This document shows, in pieces, positions 25,296 to 37,982 of a DNA stretch of 64,000 nucleotides. The position numbers and the translations under genes are program-made. The stretch is from Octopus sinensis (Eukaryota), in contig NC_043002.1 of the NCBI RefSeq assembly GCF_006345805.1, forward strand, positions 57,102,001 through 57,166,000, given 5' to 3'. Numbering within the stretch: the stretch's first letter is position 1; every line of letters starts with the position of its first letter. A model generated the notes under the pieces. It was given only the letters and a program-made list of their open reading frames with translations. It was not told the DNA's origin and did no database searches.

Positions 25296-28200
25296 AGGTA
25301 TGAGATAAAAGATCAAAGTTCTGTTGGTGTGTCTGCTGTTAATTGACTTTTAGAGATAAAATGGAGGTTGTAATGTTTGAAAAAAGCTTGAAGAAACAAT
25401 TATGGCTTTGCTTTACATAGTTTCTGAAATGTAAGAAACCAGATTGTGGTGTTGAATTACATGAACAAATATTAAAAACTTCAAGAATGAACTCCCTTAT
25501 ATAGCAAAATGCTTGTTGCATTCCCTGTCTAAAATGGTGAGGAGCTCCTGCAGGGACTGACCAAAACAAAAAATCAATTGGGGTTCGTGATTTAAATTTT
25601 GCCAATTCTGATACTCATGATTGCAAGATTGTGGTTTCAATTCCCAGGTCAAGTGGTGCATTGTGTTCTTGAATAAAACACTTCATTCCACTTGATTGTA
25701 ACTAAGTAATCCTATGATGGACTGGTGGCCCTGTTCAGGAGGAATGTTATCTTGGTCTATGCCATTTGAAACCAAATAACTAGGAGCCCTATAGCTCTAT
25801 GAGTCTTAGGACTCGAGTCAGCAATGTCTAGGGGTTAATAATGATGAATCCTGATAGCTGTAATCATGATTGAAATGAGTTTACCCCTTGCTCTGACATT
25901 ATCACAACTTTATATACTTGATGTGTCTTTCATTCCTATGTATGGGTGCCACTGTTGCAATAAAATGTAACCAGCAACAATAGTGAGTAGTCAAGCAAAG
26001 CTGTTGATTTGATGAGGCAAGCCACCATGCTGTATAACCATGTCAGAGAGAAACCAATCTGAAAAAGAGCAGCTAAAGAAATCTTCCTTGGATTACACCC
26101 TACAGCTTGGATTACAGCCTTACAACACACACGCACACGCACTGGATAATGTTCTAGATGCACAATGTCTTCTGCCAAAAAACAAAAGAAAACAATTAGT
26201 CATGTTTTGAACTAATTTGATTGTAGATCTGCTCAGTCAAGTCACCTGGGAGTAAAAGAAACCGAATTTGAGATGTGGTAGTAGGCTTTTAGTACTGGCT
26301 GGAAACTCCTGATTGTTTTGTGCTAAATGCAACCAGGCATCATATGAAATAATGTGCACTGGTGTGAACCATTTCACATATCTAGCATGTCAAGTGTACA
26401 AAGCACACCCAAATTTTTAGACAGTGACTAACGTTTACTCAAGAAAACAGGATTGAGAGAAATTGTCTTTTATAGTTGAAATTAACCTAGTGGGAGAGGT
26501 GTTAATATAGACCCACCATACAACCAGTTAGTATTATAGTATTACTCCAAACAGCACAAATATCTCCTTCCACTATTGCTTAATGGAATATATATTACTC
26601 TCTTCATTGTGCAAATAGAGGTTCACCTTGTCACTGCCCATGGTTGATTATCCAATAAGTGCAGATAGGGCAATGTGTTTTATAAGTGTGCTATGCAACT
26701 ACATGGTCTCCAGTTCAATCCCACTGCATTGGCAGTGTCTTACAAGTTTGCTACATGTCACCAGGCTTTACAATAATACAAAAAAAAAAAAAAGAGACTG
26801 GAGTTGAGTCCTTCAACTAAAATAAAGAATCCTTGTGATTTTGATCAGAAATTGTAAATGTTATACAAAATATATATAAAAAGTCTTTGAAAAATATCAT
26901 GAATATTTTACCTCCTAGTAAGGATATAAAAGTGGGGAATTTAAAAAAGAAAAAGCGAAACAACCCTAGTTTTATGATCTAAAGCAGGCATATTAAATTG
27001 ACATTAATTCCCAGTAATTGTCACTGTAAATGTTTTAATCACTTAGATCTGCTGTGTCAATTTGTAGATGCTCTTCCCATTTACAGTTAATGGTCACCTA
27101 AAATCTGGCATTTTGCAATTACCATTTACTTTTACGAGATTATTTAATTGGTCTCTTTGGTTCCAGATTAATATATCTGTCTCTGCTGGTGGTTGCTTTT
27201 GTCAGTCATGATGTCATGGCTACTGTCAGCTCTCATGCTGTTTTCCTCATTTCCTTCTCTTACCTTTTCTCTCAATAAGAAAGATTGAGACAGTTACTAA
27301 CAACCAATGGCTTACAGATGCTGTTTTTGCTTCTTTTTACTCTCAGCCACAATAAACTTCTGAATTAAATTTATCTTCCACATTTCCCCTGGCACTCTTC
27401 TTGTTATTCCTTCCCATTTCCCTACACCAATCATTTTACATACTAATTTTTTCCACAATTGCTGCTCTCAAGAATTCCCTCTATGCTCATATTTTTCAAG
27501 TGTTGATTGCTCATCAGATGCTCAAAGGGTACTGATTCAGTTTTTCCAATTAAAATTAATAATGTTTTGTTCTGATTTTCACAAATTTGTGTTGTATCTG
27601 TAGCTTAGTCTATTCAATAAGCATCACACCCTTTCAATCTTGTCAGAATCCTTTTTGTCTCCATATTTCTATTGAAATTCTTTGTTTCAGTTTACTTTGA
27701 AAATAATCTAATAAAATAATTTTGTCATTAAGCTGGCATTTGGAACATAATCTAACATGAAATTTTGATGAGAGGTTTTAATTTAAATGACATTAAAACA
27801 AGTTTACATCAGAGAGCCTAGGATAGCCTTAGAAAGGTTCATAACAATGAGTTAAAATAAAGCAATATCTAGAAAAAACTTTTAAAAAACGCTTGAAAAA
27901 CAGAAGGTTAATAATTATCAACATTCTTTGCTTTCTAATTAAATCTGTTAATTAGAAATATACTGTTTGGTACCAAAGGGTTTAAAAGAAACAGAATTTA
28001 GCTCAATTTCCATAAGGGTGTTTATCTTAGCATGCAAGCTGATAATTTTTCAATTATACAATATTTCATCTGCTGCTAAACTCCATGAATTGTATCTGTA
28101 CGTTGAATGTATTTTCAGTAAAGCCAATTAAACTACTATATTTACTTTTTAAGAAGTTGTGCCCCTAATTTGGTGTCAATCTTGGTACAAAATTTCGCCC

Positions 28201-28607
28201 CCACTCCACCCAATCATAACTTTGCTGTATCTAAGGGACACACTAGTTTTTTTCCAGTTAAAATCAAGTATAAATTAGCACAACTCCTACACTATTAAAT
28301 ACAATAGTCATTTTTTGTACTAGGGCCTCATTTCATCCAGATCTTTAGCTACTCTGCAGGTACTTTGTTGAGCCGACTTTATGATTTTTTTTATTACTTT
28401 GAATTATTTAAATATTATTCATAATTTATCTAAATTATAAAATATGAATGTCTGAGAAATTAAGCATGAATGCTTGGAAAAAATGTCTCAATTATTTGTG
28501 TTAGTATTTTCTTGTAATGTTATTTTTATTTCATTCTCTTTTATAGTGTAACCTATAAATTTTTGTTCAAACCAGTTCTTCTACTTGAGGTTTATCTCAT
28601 AATTTAG

Positions 28608-28648
<41 letters not shown>

Positions 28649-28747
28649 TCAATATAGGGTGGCAAAAAAAATTTTGTAGAATTTTTTTGCCACCAGCGGC
28701 CTAGTGGGGAAAAAATTAAATAGTCATAGACCATTTTTAAGTTCAAC

Positions 28748-29458
<711 letters not shown>

Positions 29459-29460
<2 letters not shown>

Positions 29461-29820
29461 ATGCGGCTAAGTTTGTTTCCCAGCCATATGGTTTTGGATT
29501 CAGTCCCACTATGTGGCATGCTCAGCAAGTGTCTCCACCTGTACTCTGGACTAACCAAAATCTTGTGATTGGATTTGCTAGACAGAAACTGAAAGAACAT
29601 CATGTGTAGGTTTGTGTCTTGTTTTGACATCACAAGAGCTGTACTTGAGTGTCACTGTTATGCAAGCAATGTCATTCATTGTTAGTCTTCTGCAGCAACT
29701 TCACTTGAAAACAAATGTAGGTTTGATGATAGAAAAGGCATTCAGCCACAGAAAATCTGCCTCAACAAATTTCATTTGGCTTGTGGAAAGCATGGAAGCA
29801 TAGTTGTTCAAAGCAGTGAT
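29459..29820 (+). mobile_element. SINE family 1 with alternative tail, 5'-eroded
   Basis: gtttgtttcccagccatatggttttggattcagtcccactatgtggca...cagccacagaaaatctgcctcaac. Confidence 0.75.
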
Positions 29821-31104
29821 ATTCTATGTCTAAATAATTTTTGAAAGTAATAAACTGATCATTACCCTTTTAGACTTCATAAATGCTTTTTTTTCATTTT
29901 TCAAGTCATTTAGTGTGAATTTTGTATTTTTTCATTGAGTTAGGTTGATTTTGGTGGCTTTGTAGTGTTGCCAATCCCCCCTTTCTTGTGTTTCTTGCTG
30001 CTTTCACAAATTTATTAGAAGGTACAAGTTATCACATTTATTAAAAATATTTTGTCTCTGTAGAACAAATTAGGTTTCTAACCTGTTAACAACACATGTT
30101 TAACAAGACAAAACTCAATTTGTGTGAGAAAAGTGGAACTTGGGTATAGAATTACAGCTGTTGAAAATAAATGGAATGAGATTTGTCAGATGTGCATGAT
30201 TAATTTATAAAATGGGGTGAGTGCAAGTTGGATTGAGAACATGGTTGGGTGTCAGAAGTATTGTGGTATAAAAGAAACTGGTTACACTGGTTTGGACATG
30301 CTTGGTGAAAAGGAAAAAGAAAAAAATATCTTCAGTTGACTATGAAAAGTCACTGATAGACAGAGAATATAAAATAGTTTAGCCAGATCAGAGACAGTTG
30401 GGACTTATAGATTAGGTATAGCATGAGGGTACATAAAGGCATGTTGTGTTATAGGTCAGTAATGGGAAAATAAAATGGGTGTTAAAACTGTTGTCAAAGA
30501 CCCAGTTTTATTTTTTTAAAATATCTTTGTATCGAAAAGTTGGCAGAACCTAATTGTATCCCATTCCTTTTAAACATGCAAAGGACTACCTGTTGTTGTT
30601 TGACTTTCTGCTGAAGTACTTCCTTTTAGATTAAATGTTTGAGATGCATTTTTTGAGCTACACATCACATTTTTAGAGATGAAATAGAATATTTATATCC
30701 ACCTAGTTTTGATTGGTCTGACCTCCTCTACCCATCAGTTGTCTTACTTCAGAATGTGTACATCATGCCAGACTGGTTTTGAGCTGGAAACATTTCTCAG
30801 AGTAACCATGTTTTTATTCAGAAAGGCACAAGTATGGCTTTAGTTCAGAAGTTTGTTCCCCGACCATGTTGTTTCAGGTTCAGTTCTAGTGCATGGCAGT
30901 TTGGAGAAGTGGTTTCTACTGTAACCTCAGGTTGAACAAAGCCCATCTGGCTGTAAAACAATGCATTATTAATATATTCATCTAACTTATGCTGGTATGG
31001 AGAAATGGACATGACATTGAACTTAAACACCTATCATGCATGTGTATCAAACTTGTGCTCATTAACTTTTCATTTCCTGTGGACAAAAGATAACCTTTTA
31101 GTTA

Positions 31105-31261
31105 GTTCAAACTGGTCAGATCCAGTCTCTCACACCTACCCCACAATGTAATTCTAAAATTAAACACATTGAATCTCAAAGCTACAAAATAGTGCATAAT
31201 TAATTCAGAATTTGTGTGAATAAATGGGTAATGCTGAGTAAGCTGAATGCTAAAGGGTTAA
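31105..31261 (-). mobile_element. TTAA-ended MITE family A, partial
   Basis: ttcaaactggtcagatccagtctctcacacctacc...ctgaatgctaaagggttaa. Confidence 0.75.
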
Positions 31262-32149
31262 AAACTGTCTCTGCAAAGAGAAATACATATTTTGTCAAAG
31301 AAAATTGAGGCTCATATGTTAATGAAAGAATTGAATTTAGAAGGTAGGTCAGTTTCTATCTAATTTACCTGAGAATAAGTAATTTAAGACAATGCAAATA
31401 CAAAGATATTTCTCCCTCAACATGCCATCACAAACAGGGTTTGCAACAGACAAGTCAACATAGTGATGGTGTTTGTTTACACTATCTTCCCTAATCCTGA
31501 TGCATTTCACATGGAATTTATATTTTTCCAAAGATGTCTTCAAGGACAAGTCTACCTCTTTTGCCTATAAATTATGTTCTGGAAAGGTCAAAATATCTGC
31601 TGGAAAATACAGTAAATATATTTAGCCATCCTTATTAGTGCTTCATGTTATTCTATTAATTCACATTATGTTAATTTTTCTTTTTTTTTAAACCCTGGAT
31701 TATTAAAACTAATGACTGACATCCATTAACATGTGATTTATCAACATTTAACTGATTAAACTCTGAATCAATCACAAATAAACATTACATTATTTACTTT
31801 AACTCCTTGTTGCAGTTGAATGATTTATTTAGTTCAACAGGTTCTTTCCCCCTCTTTTCTCCCCTGCACACACATCCCGAAGCCATTTCAGATACATTTT
31901 CACTGTTGATTGATCTTAATACAAGCCATAACAGTAAAGAGACAATATCAGGAAAATACCCCAAAAAAATAAACAAACAGTTAATTGAACACTATTGAGC
32001 TCTTGATAGTCTTGATTGAAAACTTTTCAATTAGCTGATCATTTCGATGTATCAATAGTGTTGTCATAGTGATCAACTCCATTAATACATGTCAATTTTC
32101 TATACTAATGTAACTCCAAAATGGTTCTACATCATTTAATTTTTAGAAT

Positions 32150-32472
32150 TCTTGTTTTGCTTGTTTCTGTTATTGGACTGTGGCCATGCTGGGGCACCAC
32201 CTTGAAGGGTTTAGTCAAGCAACTTGGCCCCAGGACTTATTTTTAAGTTTGATACTTCTGTCAGTCTCTTTTGGCAAACTAAGTCATGGGGATGTAAACA
32301 AACCAAGCCCAGTTGTCAAGTGACGCTCCCACACTCGCATACTCTCTATCAAATCCATTTGTAAGGCATTGGTTGGCCCAAGGCTATAGATGCTTTTTCA
32401 AGGTACTACACAACAGGACTGAACATGAAGTGACATGGTTGTAAAGCAAGCTTCTTAACCACACAGCCATCC
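32150..32472 (-). mobile_element. SINE family 1
   Basis: gactgtggccatgctggggcacc...gcaagcttcttaaccacacagcc is the reverse complement of the family consensus. Confidence 0.85.
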
Positions 32473-32592
32473 TAAAACACCTTCCCTCCTTCTAGTGGGG
32501 TTTTTCCAAAGGTTCACTACTTGACCATAAAGTGGGAAGTGCATCTATTTCTGTTTAGACACTCAAAAACAGTTTGAGTAATATGACTTGGT

Positions 32593-33310
32593 TTAACCCT
32601 TTTGATACCAACTTACCTGATACTGCCCCTCACTTCTATGATACAAACTTTGTTTTGACCCTTTTGTTACCAACCTGGCTGAAACCAGCTCTGAGTACAA
32701 ATGTCTTTTCGCAAGTTTTGAATTAAAATCTATCAAACCTTTGTCACAATTTGTTCCTAACACTAGCTGAATGATAACTGAGTTATTTTACTAAATTCTT
32801 TGTTATATTTAAAATTAATTGAAAGAAACTTAAAGCATCTCAAAATAAATGCAGTAACAAAAGGGTTAAAATATATAATAAAGAAACAATTCTTAACCCT
32901 TTTGATACCAACCTGGCTGAAACCTCCTCTGGCTCTGTAGTAAAAATGTCTTGTTTTCATAAGTTCTGAATTAAAATCTTCCACCAAACCTTAATCACAG
33001 TTTATCATGAAGCTAGTGTTAGGAACATAAGTTATTTTACTAAATTCTTTGCTATATTTCAAATTAATTGAAAGGAACACAGAGCATTTCTAACTACAGT
33101 AACGAAAGGGTTAAAGTGATTTGTTAAATATAGATTTAGTCACATTGATTTAGATTAATCATGAATTATCTTGTAGCCAAAAGATTTCAAAGATGTGATT
33201 TATTTTTAGAATTACATTGTAGGGTAGGTGTGAGAGGCTAGATCTGGCTGCTTTGACCATAAAACAAGAATATTGCTTGGGTATGGCCAGTTTGAATGCT
33301 ATAGGGTTGA
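32593..33310. mobile_element. Cluster of TTAA/CCCT...AGGG/TTAA MITEs (piggyBac-like ends)
   Basis: ttaacccttttgataccaac (32593)...gtaacaaaagggttaa (32869); second copy 32893-33114; family A copy about 33130-33310. TTAA plus CCC/GGG ends are the piggyBac signature. Confidence 0.8.
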
Positions 33311-33840
33311 ATTTAAACCTTTCATCAAAATTCCATGTAAATTTATTTTCAAAACACCAGCTAAATAATGGTTATTTTTATTAAATTCTTTATTTTAAAA
33401 ATCAGTTGAAATGAATGGTAAAAAAGCTCATTACGTGTAGTGTGCATGCCTGTGTGCATGCAAGTGTATTTGCATATATCTTTGTCTTGACAAAGTTAAG
33501 CACATTCCGACTTCAAATTATTCTGCACACCATCATACAAGTGGTATCCTTGATTTGAAGTCTTCCTTGAAAAACGTGCCTTGCTTGCAAACAGTGAGGG
33601 TTGATCACAGATAGTAAGGGTGTTTGGCCATAGAAAGATCTACCTTAGGCTCCCTCTGTCCCATGCAAGCCTGGAAAAGTGGATGTTAAAATTAGTGATG
33701 ATGCAGGAATATAACTCATATTTTTCAAACTAAACAAGATTTTATTTGAAGAAAGTTGATATACAGTTCTATATTTAAGAGATGAGGAATTATGTACATT
33801 ATTTACATTTGACGGATATTTGTCCTCATCTTGTTTGTTA

Positions 33841-33885
33841 ACACGATGTTTCAGCTGATATACTCTCCAGCCTTCATCAGGTGTC
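33841..33885 (-). ncRNA. Minimal type-I hammerhead ribozyme motif (CpG-decayed)
   Basis: gACAC CUGAUGA a GGCUG gagaguauau CAGCU GAAA c AUC GUGU: core intact, stem I ACAC/GUGU, stem II with terminal G-U, stem III ACAU instead of ACGU. Confidence 0.7.
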
Positions 33886-33944
33886 TTGGGGAAATTTCGA
33901 ACTTGGGCTCTCATTCCTAAGGTATTTTTTGATATTATTCAGGT

Positions 33945-34014
33945 CACTACCTGGAATCGAACTCAGAATCTTGGGATTAGTAGCCCGTGCTCTTAACCAC
34001 TACGCCATATGCCC
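33945..34014 (-). promoter_or_regulatory. tRNA-like RNA polymerase III internal promoter (A and B boxes)
   Basis: Minus strand gggcataTGGCGTAGTGGttaagagcacgggctactaatcccaagattctGAGTTCGATTCCaggtagtgacc; A box at 33997-34007, B box at 33953-33964, with tRNA-like spacing. Confidence 0.8.
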
Positions 34015-35218
34015 ACAGGCATATGGCAGTGACCTGAATAATAATAATATCGAAAAATACCTTAGGAATGAGCTCCCAGGTTTGAAATTTCCCCAAGACA
34101 CCTGATGAAGGCTGGAGAATATATCAGCCGAAATGTGTTAACAAGTTGAAGATAAATATCTGTCAAATGTAAATAATGTAAATAAAGTTGATACAGTTGA
34201 CTGACTTGAGCACACCTTAATATATTACAAATGCTAATTTTTCTTGGAAAAAAAGTAATTTCGAATTTTTTTTTTTTGCCTTTTCCTTTTAGCGTTGGCC
34301 AACTTATAAACACTGTTTTTAGAATTACTGAAAGTTATTTTTCCTTCATCATTTGAGAAGCCTTAAGTTTAGTTTGAAAATATGCTATGCTCCTGCATCA
34401 CCACTATCATTTTTACATTCACTTTTCCAGGCTTGCATGCGTCGGGGGGAGCTTAAGGTAGATTTTTCTATGGCCAAACATCCTAACTGTCACCAACTTA
34501 TTTTGCAATAACTTTAATTCTGATGGCAATTTTCTTCCTTTAAATTTCAATTCTTGTATTTATTTTGACAAAATTAGCAGTTAGGTACATCAGATGCGCT
34601 CTCTGTCAGAAACTGCTCTCAAAGTATTGTTTGTTGTAGGTACCATGCTCAAATGTATTTTTAGTAGGTATTGTGTTCAGATGTACTTTATATTGGGTAC
34701 TAAGGTAGTAGACCTAAGATTTTTTTCTAAGTCCAAATTTTAAATATAAACTCAAAACATTCTTAGGAAGATCTTAAGGTTTACTTTAAATTCTTCACCT
34801 CATCTAAGGAAATTACATAACTACCTTTTAATCAAACTGAATTAGTTTTCTTAATGTCAGTCAATATAGATATGGGCATAACTGTGGTTAAGTTTACTTC
34901 ACTGCCACAGGGTCTTGGGTTCAGTTTCACTCTGGTACCTTGGCTAAGTTTCTATGTTACTGGGCTGACCAAAGTGTGTGTGTGTTTCACTGTTTGGCAA
35001 CTGGTATTATGTCCTCTTGTAACTTAGTTGTTTAACAAAAAACCAAATGGATAGGTATCAAACTTTAAAATAGGTCCTGGGACTTAGTGATTGGCCAAAA
35101 CACTTCGAGGGGGTGCCCCAGCATGGTCATATGCAATGACAAACTTGGAAAAGTTTTTAAAAAGAAAAAGCAATCAAACAAAAACTCTGTATTATACATT
35201 AGTTTTCTTTGTTTTCAG

Positions 35219-35334
35219 AGACAAAACAAAATGCTGAGACAGGTGAGACCACCAGCCAAGGAATTGCCTCTGGTACCACTTTGATAACCAATGGACTGAG
35301 TGAGGACCTTCCTGCACCTCCCCCAGAACTTATT
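35219..35334 (+). CDS. Penultimate coding exon of NHERF-like gene (xTKQNAETGETTSQGIASGTTLITNGLSEDLPAPPPELI)
   Basis: ttttctttgttttcAG acceptor, GTAAGT donor at 35335, open frame; the phase-0 donor matches the phase-0 acceptor at 37983. Confidence 0.8.
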
Positions 35335-35424
35335 GTAAGTAAAAAAAGAAATTTATATTTAATTTGTGTTGGTTTTAGCTTAAATTATTGACCTATTAAG
35401 ATGGTGGTTTTGATAGAAACCTGT

Positions 35425-35780
35425 GCATCATCATCATTAACGTCTGCTTTCCATGCTTGCATGGGTTGGACAGCTTGGCTGGACCTGGTAAGCCAGAGCT
35501 GCACCAGGTTCCGATCTGATTTGGCAAGGTTTCTATGGCTGGATGCCATTCCTAACACCAACCAGTCTGAGAGTGTAGTGGGTGCTTTTTATGTGTCACC
35601 AGCATAGGTGCCATTGAACTGGCATCGGCCATGACTACAATCTCACTTGGCTTGACAGGTAAGCACAAACATGGTATATCGCCAAGAGTCTTGGTCACCT
35701 GTCACTGCCTCCATCAGTGCTTTTTACATGCCACTGGCATGGGTGCCAGTCAGACGGCACTGGCATTGGCCATGACTAGG
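35425..35780 (-). mobile_element. SINE-like element family 3
   Basis: catcatcatcattaacgtctgctttccatgc...ggatgccattcctaacaccaacc. Confidence 0.85.
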
Positions 35781-35944
35781 AAATAATTAGTGATAACCAC
35801 AACACTTTTACATGCCCAGGTATGCTGATTACACTTAAGTCTGTTGTATTCACATATAATTATGTCAATTCCTAGACATTGGTTTCTTGTCTCAGTGGGA
35901 TTTGTGCTCAATTTAGTGGTGAAGCATGATCTTCAAACTTTGAG

Positions 35945-36415
35945 CCTCACAGAGGCAATGACCAGTGACAGACCTTTGGTGATATGCTGTGCTTGAGAAG
36001 ACCTGTCAAGCAAAGTGAAATTGTAGTCATGGCTGATGTTGGTGTTACATAACTGGCACCCATGGCATAGCGTAGGCATGTAAAGTGCACCATTTGAGCA
36101 TTGGGCCTCACAGAGGCAAAGTGGCCAAGTTCCTTTTGAGTGTTGGGTCCCACGGGGGCAATGATGGGGACCTTTGGCATTATGTCAGGCTTAAGACACA
36201 AGCTGAGCAAAATTGCAGTTGTGACAGATACCGGTGTCATACAAATGGCACCCATGTTGGTGGCACTCAGAATGGTTGGTGTTAGGAATGGCATCTAACT
36301 GTAGAAACCATGCCAAAAACAGACTGGAGACTGGTGCAGCATCCCAGCTTGCCAGCCCTGGCCAAACTGTCCAGTCCATGCCAGTATGGACAATGGATGT
36401 TAAATGATGATGACA
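35945..36415 (+). mobile_element. SINE-like element family 3, inverted relative to 35425-35780
   Basis: ...ggttggtgttaggaatggcatc...gatgttaaatgatgatgac. Confidence 0.8.
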
Positions 36416-37268
36416 CTGAAATTTCACTGATAATTTTCTCTTAAGTCTAGACTGCCTTTAAATAATTAAATCATTAATAAATAAATCATTACATAAGGTC
36501 ACATGATGCAACACTGAATAAAAAATATTCATGGGAAGTCATGTTCAACATGATTGAAGTATAATCGGGATATAAGATCTTCCATTACAGGAATAGTCTT
36601 AGGAGAAAATTCTTTACCGAATTTTGTGTAAATAAATTGCGCATGTGAATAAAAGAATATCTGCACATAGACACTTCATTTAAAAAAACACCTAAAGTGC
36701 CAGACCTAGGATTTCAAGGTACCTGTTAGTCAGCAAGAATAATCTCAGAATCATGGAGGCCCTCCTTATCAACAGAGACCAGCCATAAACAGGCAGGAAC
36801 TACATGAAGCAGGTTTAGTTACTATAGCAACACCAGTCTGTGCATGTCACCTCCCTCCTTCCTCTTCCCCATACTCTTGAGCAGTGACCTTAACATCCTT
36901 CACTTTCCCAAATGATCTAAAGAAGGGATCATTGCCCTAAAATATAGAAATATAAGGCAAAACTTACTTCATTTTTTGTTTTTGTAGTTTACTTTATCTT
37001 CTTGTATGGTTCCAGCCTTACATAGCAAAAACTCTTTAAAGTAAATAAATATGCATTTCATTTTGGACTAGGAGTTACATTATTAGGAGGATGTGTGTAT
37101 TTTTGCACTTTTCTACTTTTACTGCTATGGAAACTGAACTAGTCACACACATTCTGGTAAATATAGAATTATGGTTATGAAAACAGCAAACTGTTCTGGG
37201 AGTGCAATGCTTGGTCAGATGAAACTTAGATATTTCAGTCTAGCTTGACTGAGCATTAAATATGATCC

Positions 37269-37652
37269 TACAGTTCTGTATTTAAGAGATGAGGAATTAT
37301 GTACATTATTTACATTTGATGGATATTTGTCCTCATCCTGTTTGTTGTTAACACGTTTTGGCTGATATACCCTCCAGCCTTCATCAAGTGTCTTGGGGAA
37401 ATTCAGAACCTGGGTTCTCATTCCTAAGGTATTTTTCAATGTTATTATTATTCAGGTCACTGCCTGGAATCGAACTTGGAATAGTGCTATTAACCTGAAT
37501 AATTATAATAATAATATTGAAAAATACCTTAAGAATGAGAACCCAGGTTCGAAATTTCCCCAAGACACTTGATGAAGGCTGGAGGGTATATCAGCCGAAA
37601 TGTGTTAACAAATAAGATGAGGACAAATATCCGTCAAATGTAAATAATGTAC
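37269..37652 (-). mobile_element. tRNA-headed hammerhead foldback element, copy B (head truncated at B box)
   Basis: Left arm 37269-37482 includes the B-box complement ggaatcgaac; right arm 37492-37652. tgatcct is repeated at 37263 and 37657. Both hammerhead cores are mutated (UUGAUGA). Confidence 0.85.
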
Positions 37653-37718
37653 TCTTTGATCCTGTTTTTCATGTGAGTAGCATTTCTGGATCTTTGTTTT
37701 TCTTGAAATGTTTTTTAT

Positions 37719-37926
37719 TTAACCCTTTTGATACCTACCTGCCTGAGACCACCCTTTTTCTGTTTGATGTAAACCTCTTGTTTTAAAGTAAATTAAAACC
37801 TTTCACTAGTTTCATGTTATGCATCTAAACAGCTTAATGAATTATTTTGATAAATTCATTATTTTAAAAATGAAATAACACTGCCTTTGTTTTAATTCAA
37901 CAGAAATATGATAGAAAAAGGGTTAA
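37719..37926. mobile_element. TTAA-ended MITE family B, just upstream of the last exon
   Basis: ttaacccttttgatacc ... gatagaaaaagggttaa. Confidence 0.8.
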
Positions 37927-37982
37927 ACTTGTAAAATCAAAACGTAAATTGATTAAAAAAAATCTTTTTTTTTTGTTTACAG

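Larger units (their letters stand above)
33762..34180 (-). mobile_element. tRNA-headed, hammerhead-containing foldback retroelement, copy A
   Basis: The full unit on the minus strand (34014 to 33762) has a tRNA-like head, then a hammerhead, then a tail. An inverted partial second arm lies at 34018-34180. Direct repeat aaagttgat(at)acagtt at 33752-33768 and 34184-34198. Confidence 0.85.

Noticed and set aside
33945-34014. A genuine tRNA gene
   Set aside because: The acceptor stem does not close and the sequence runs directly into a repeated element body present three times; treated as a SINE head.
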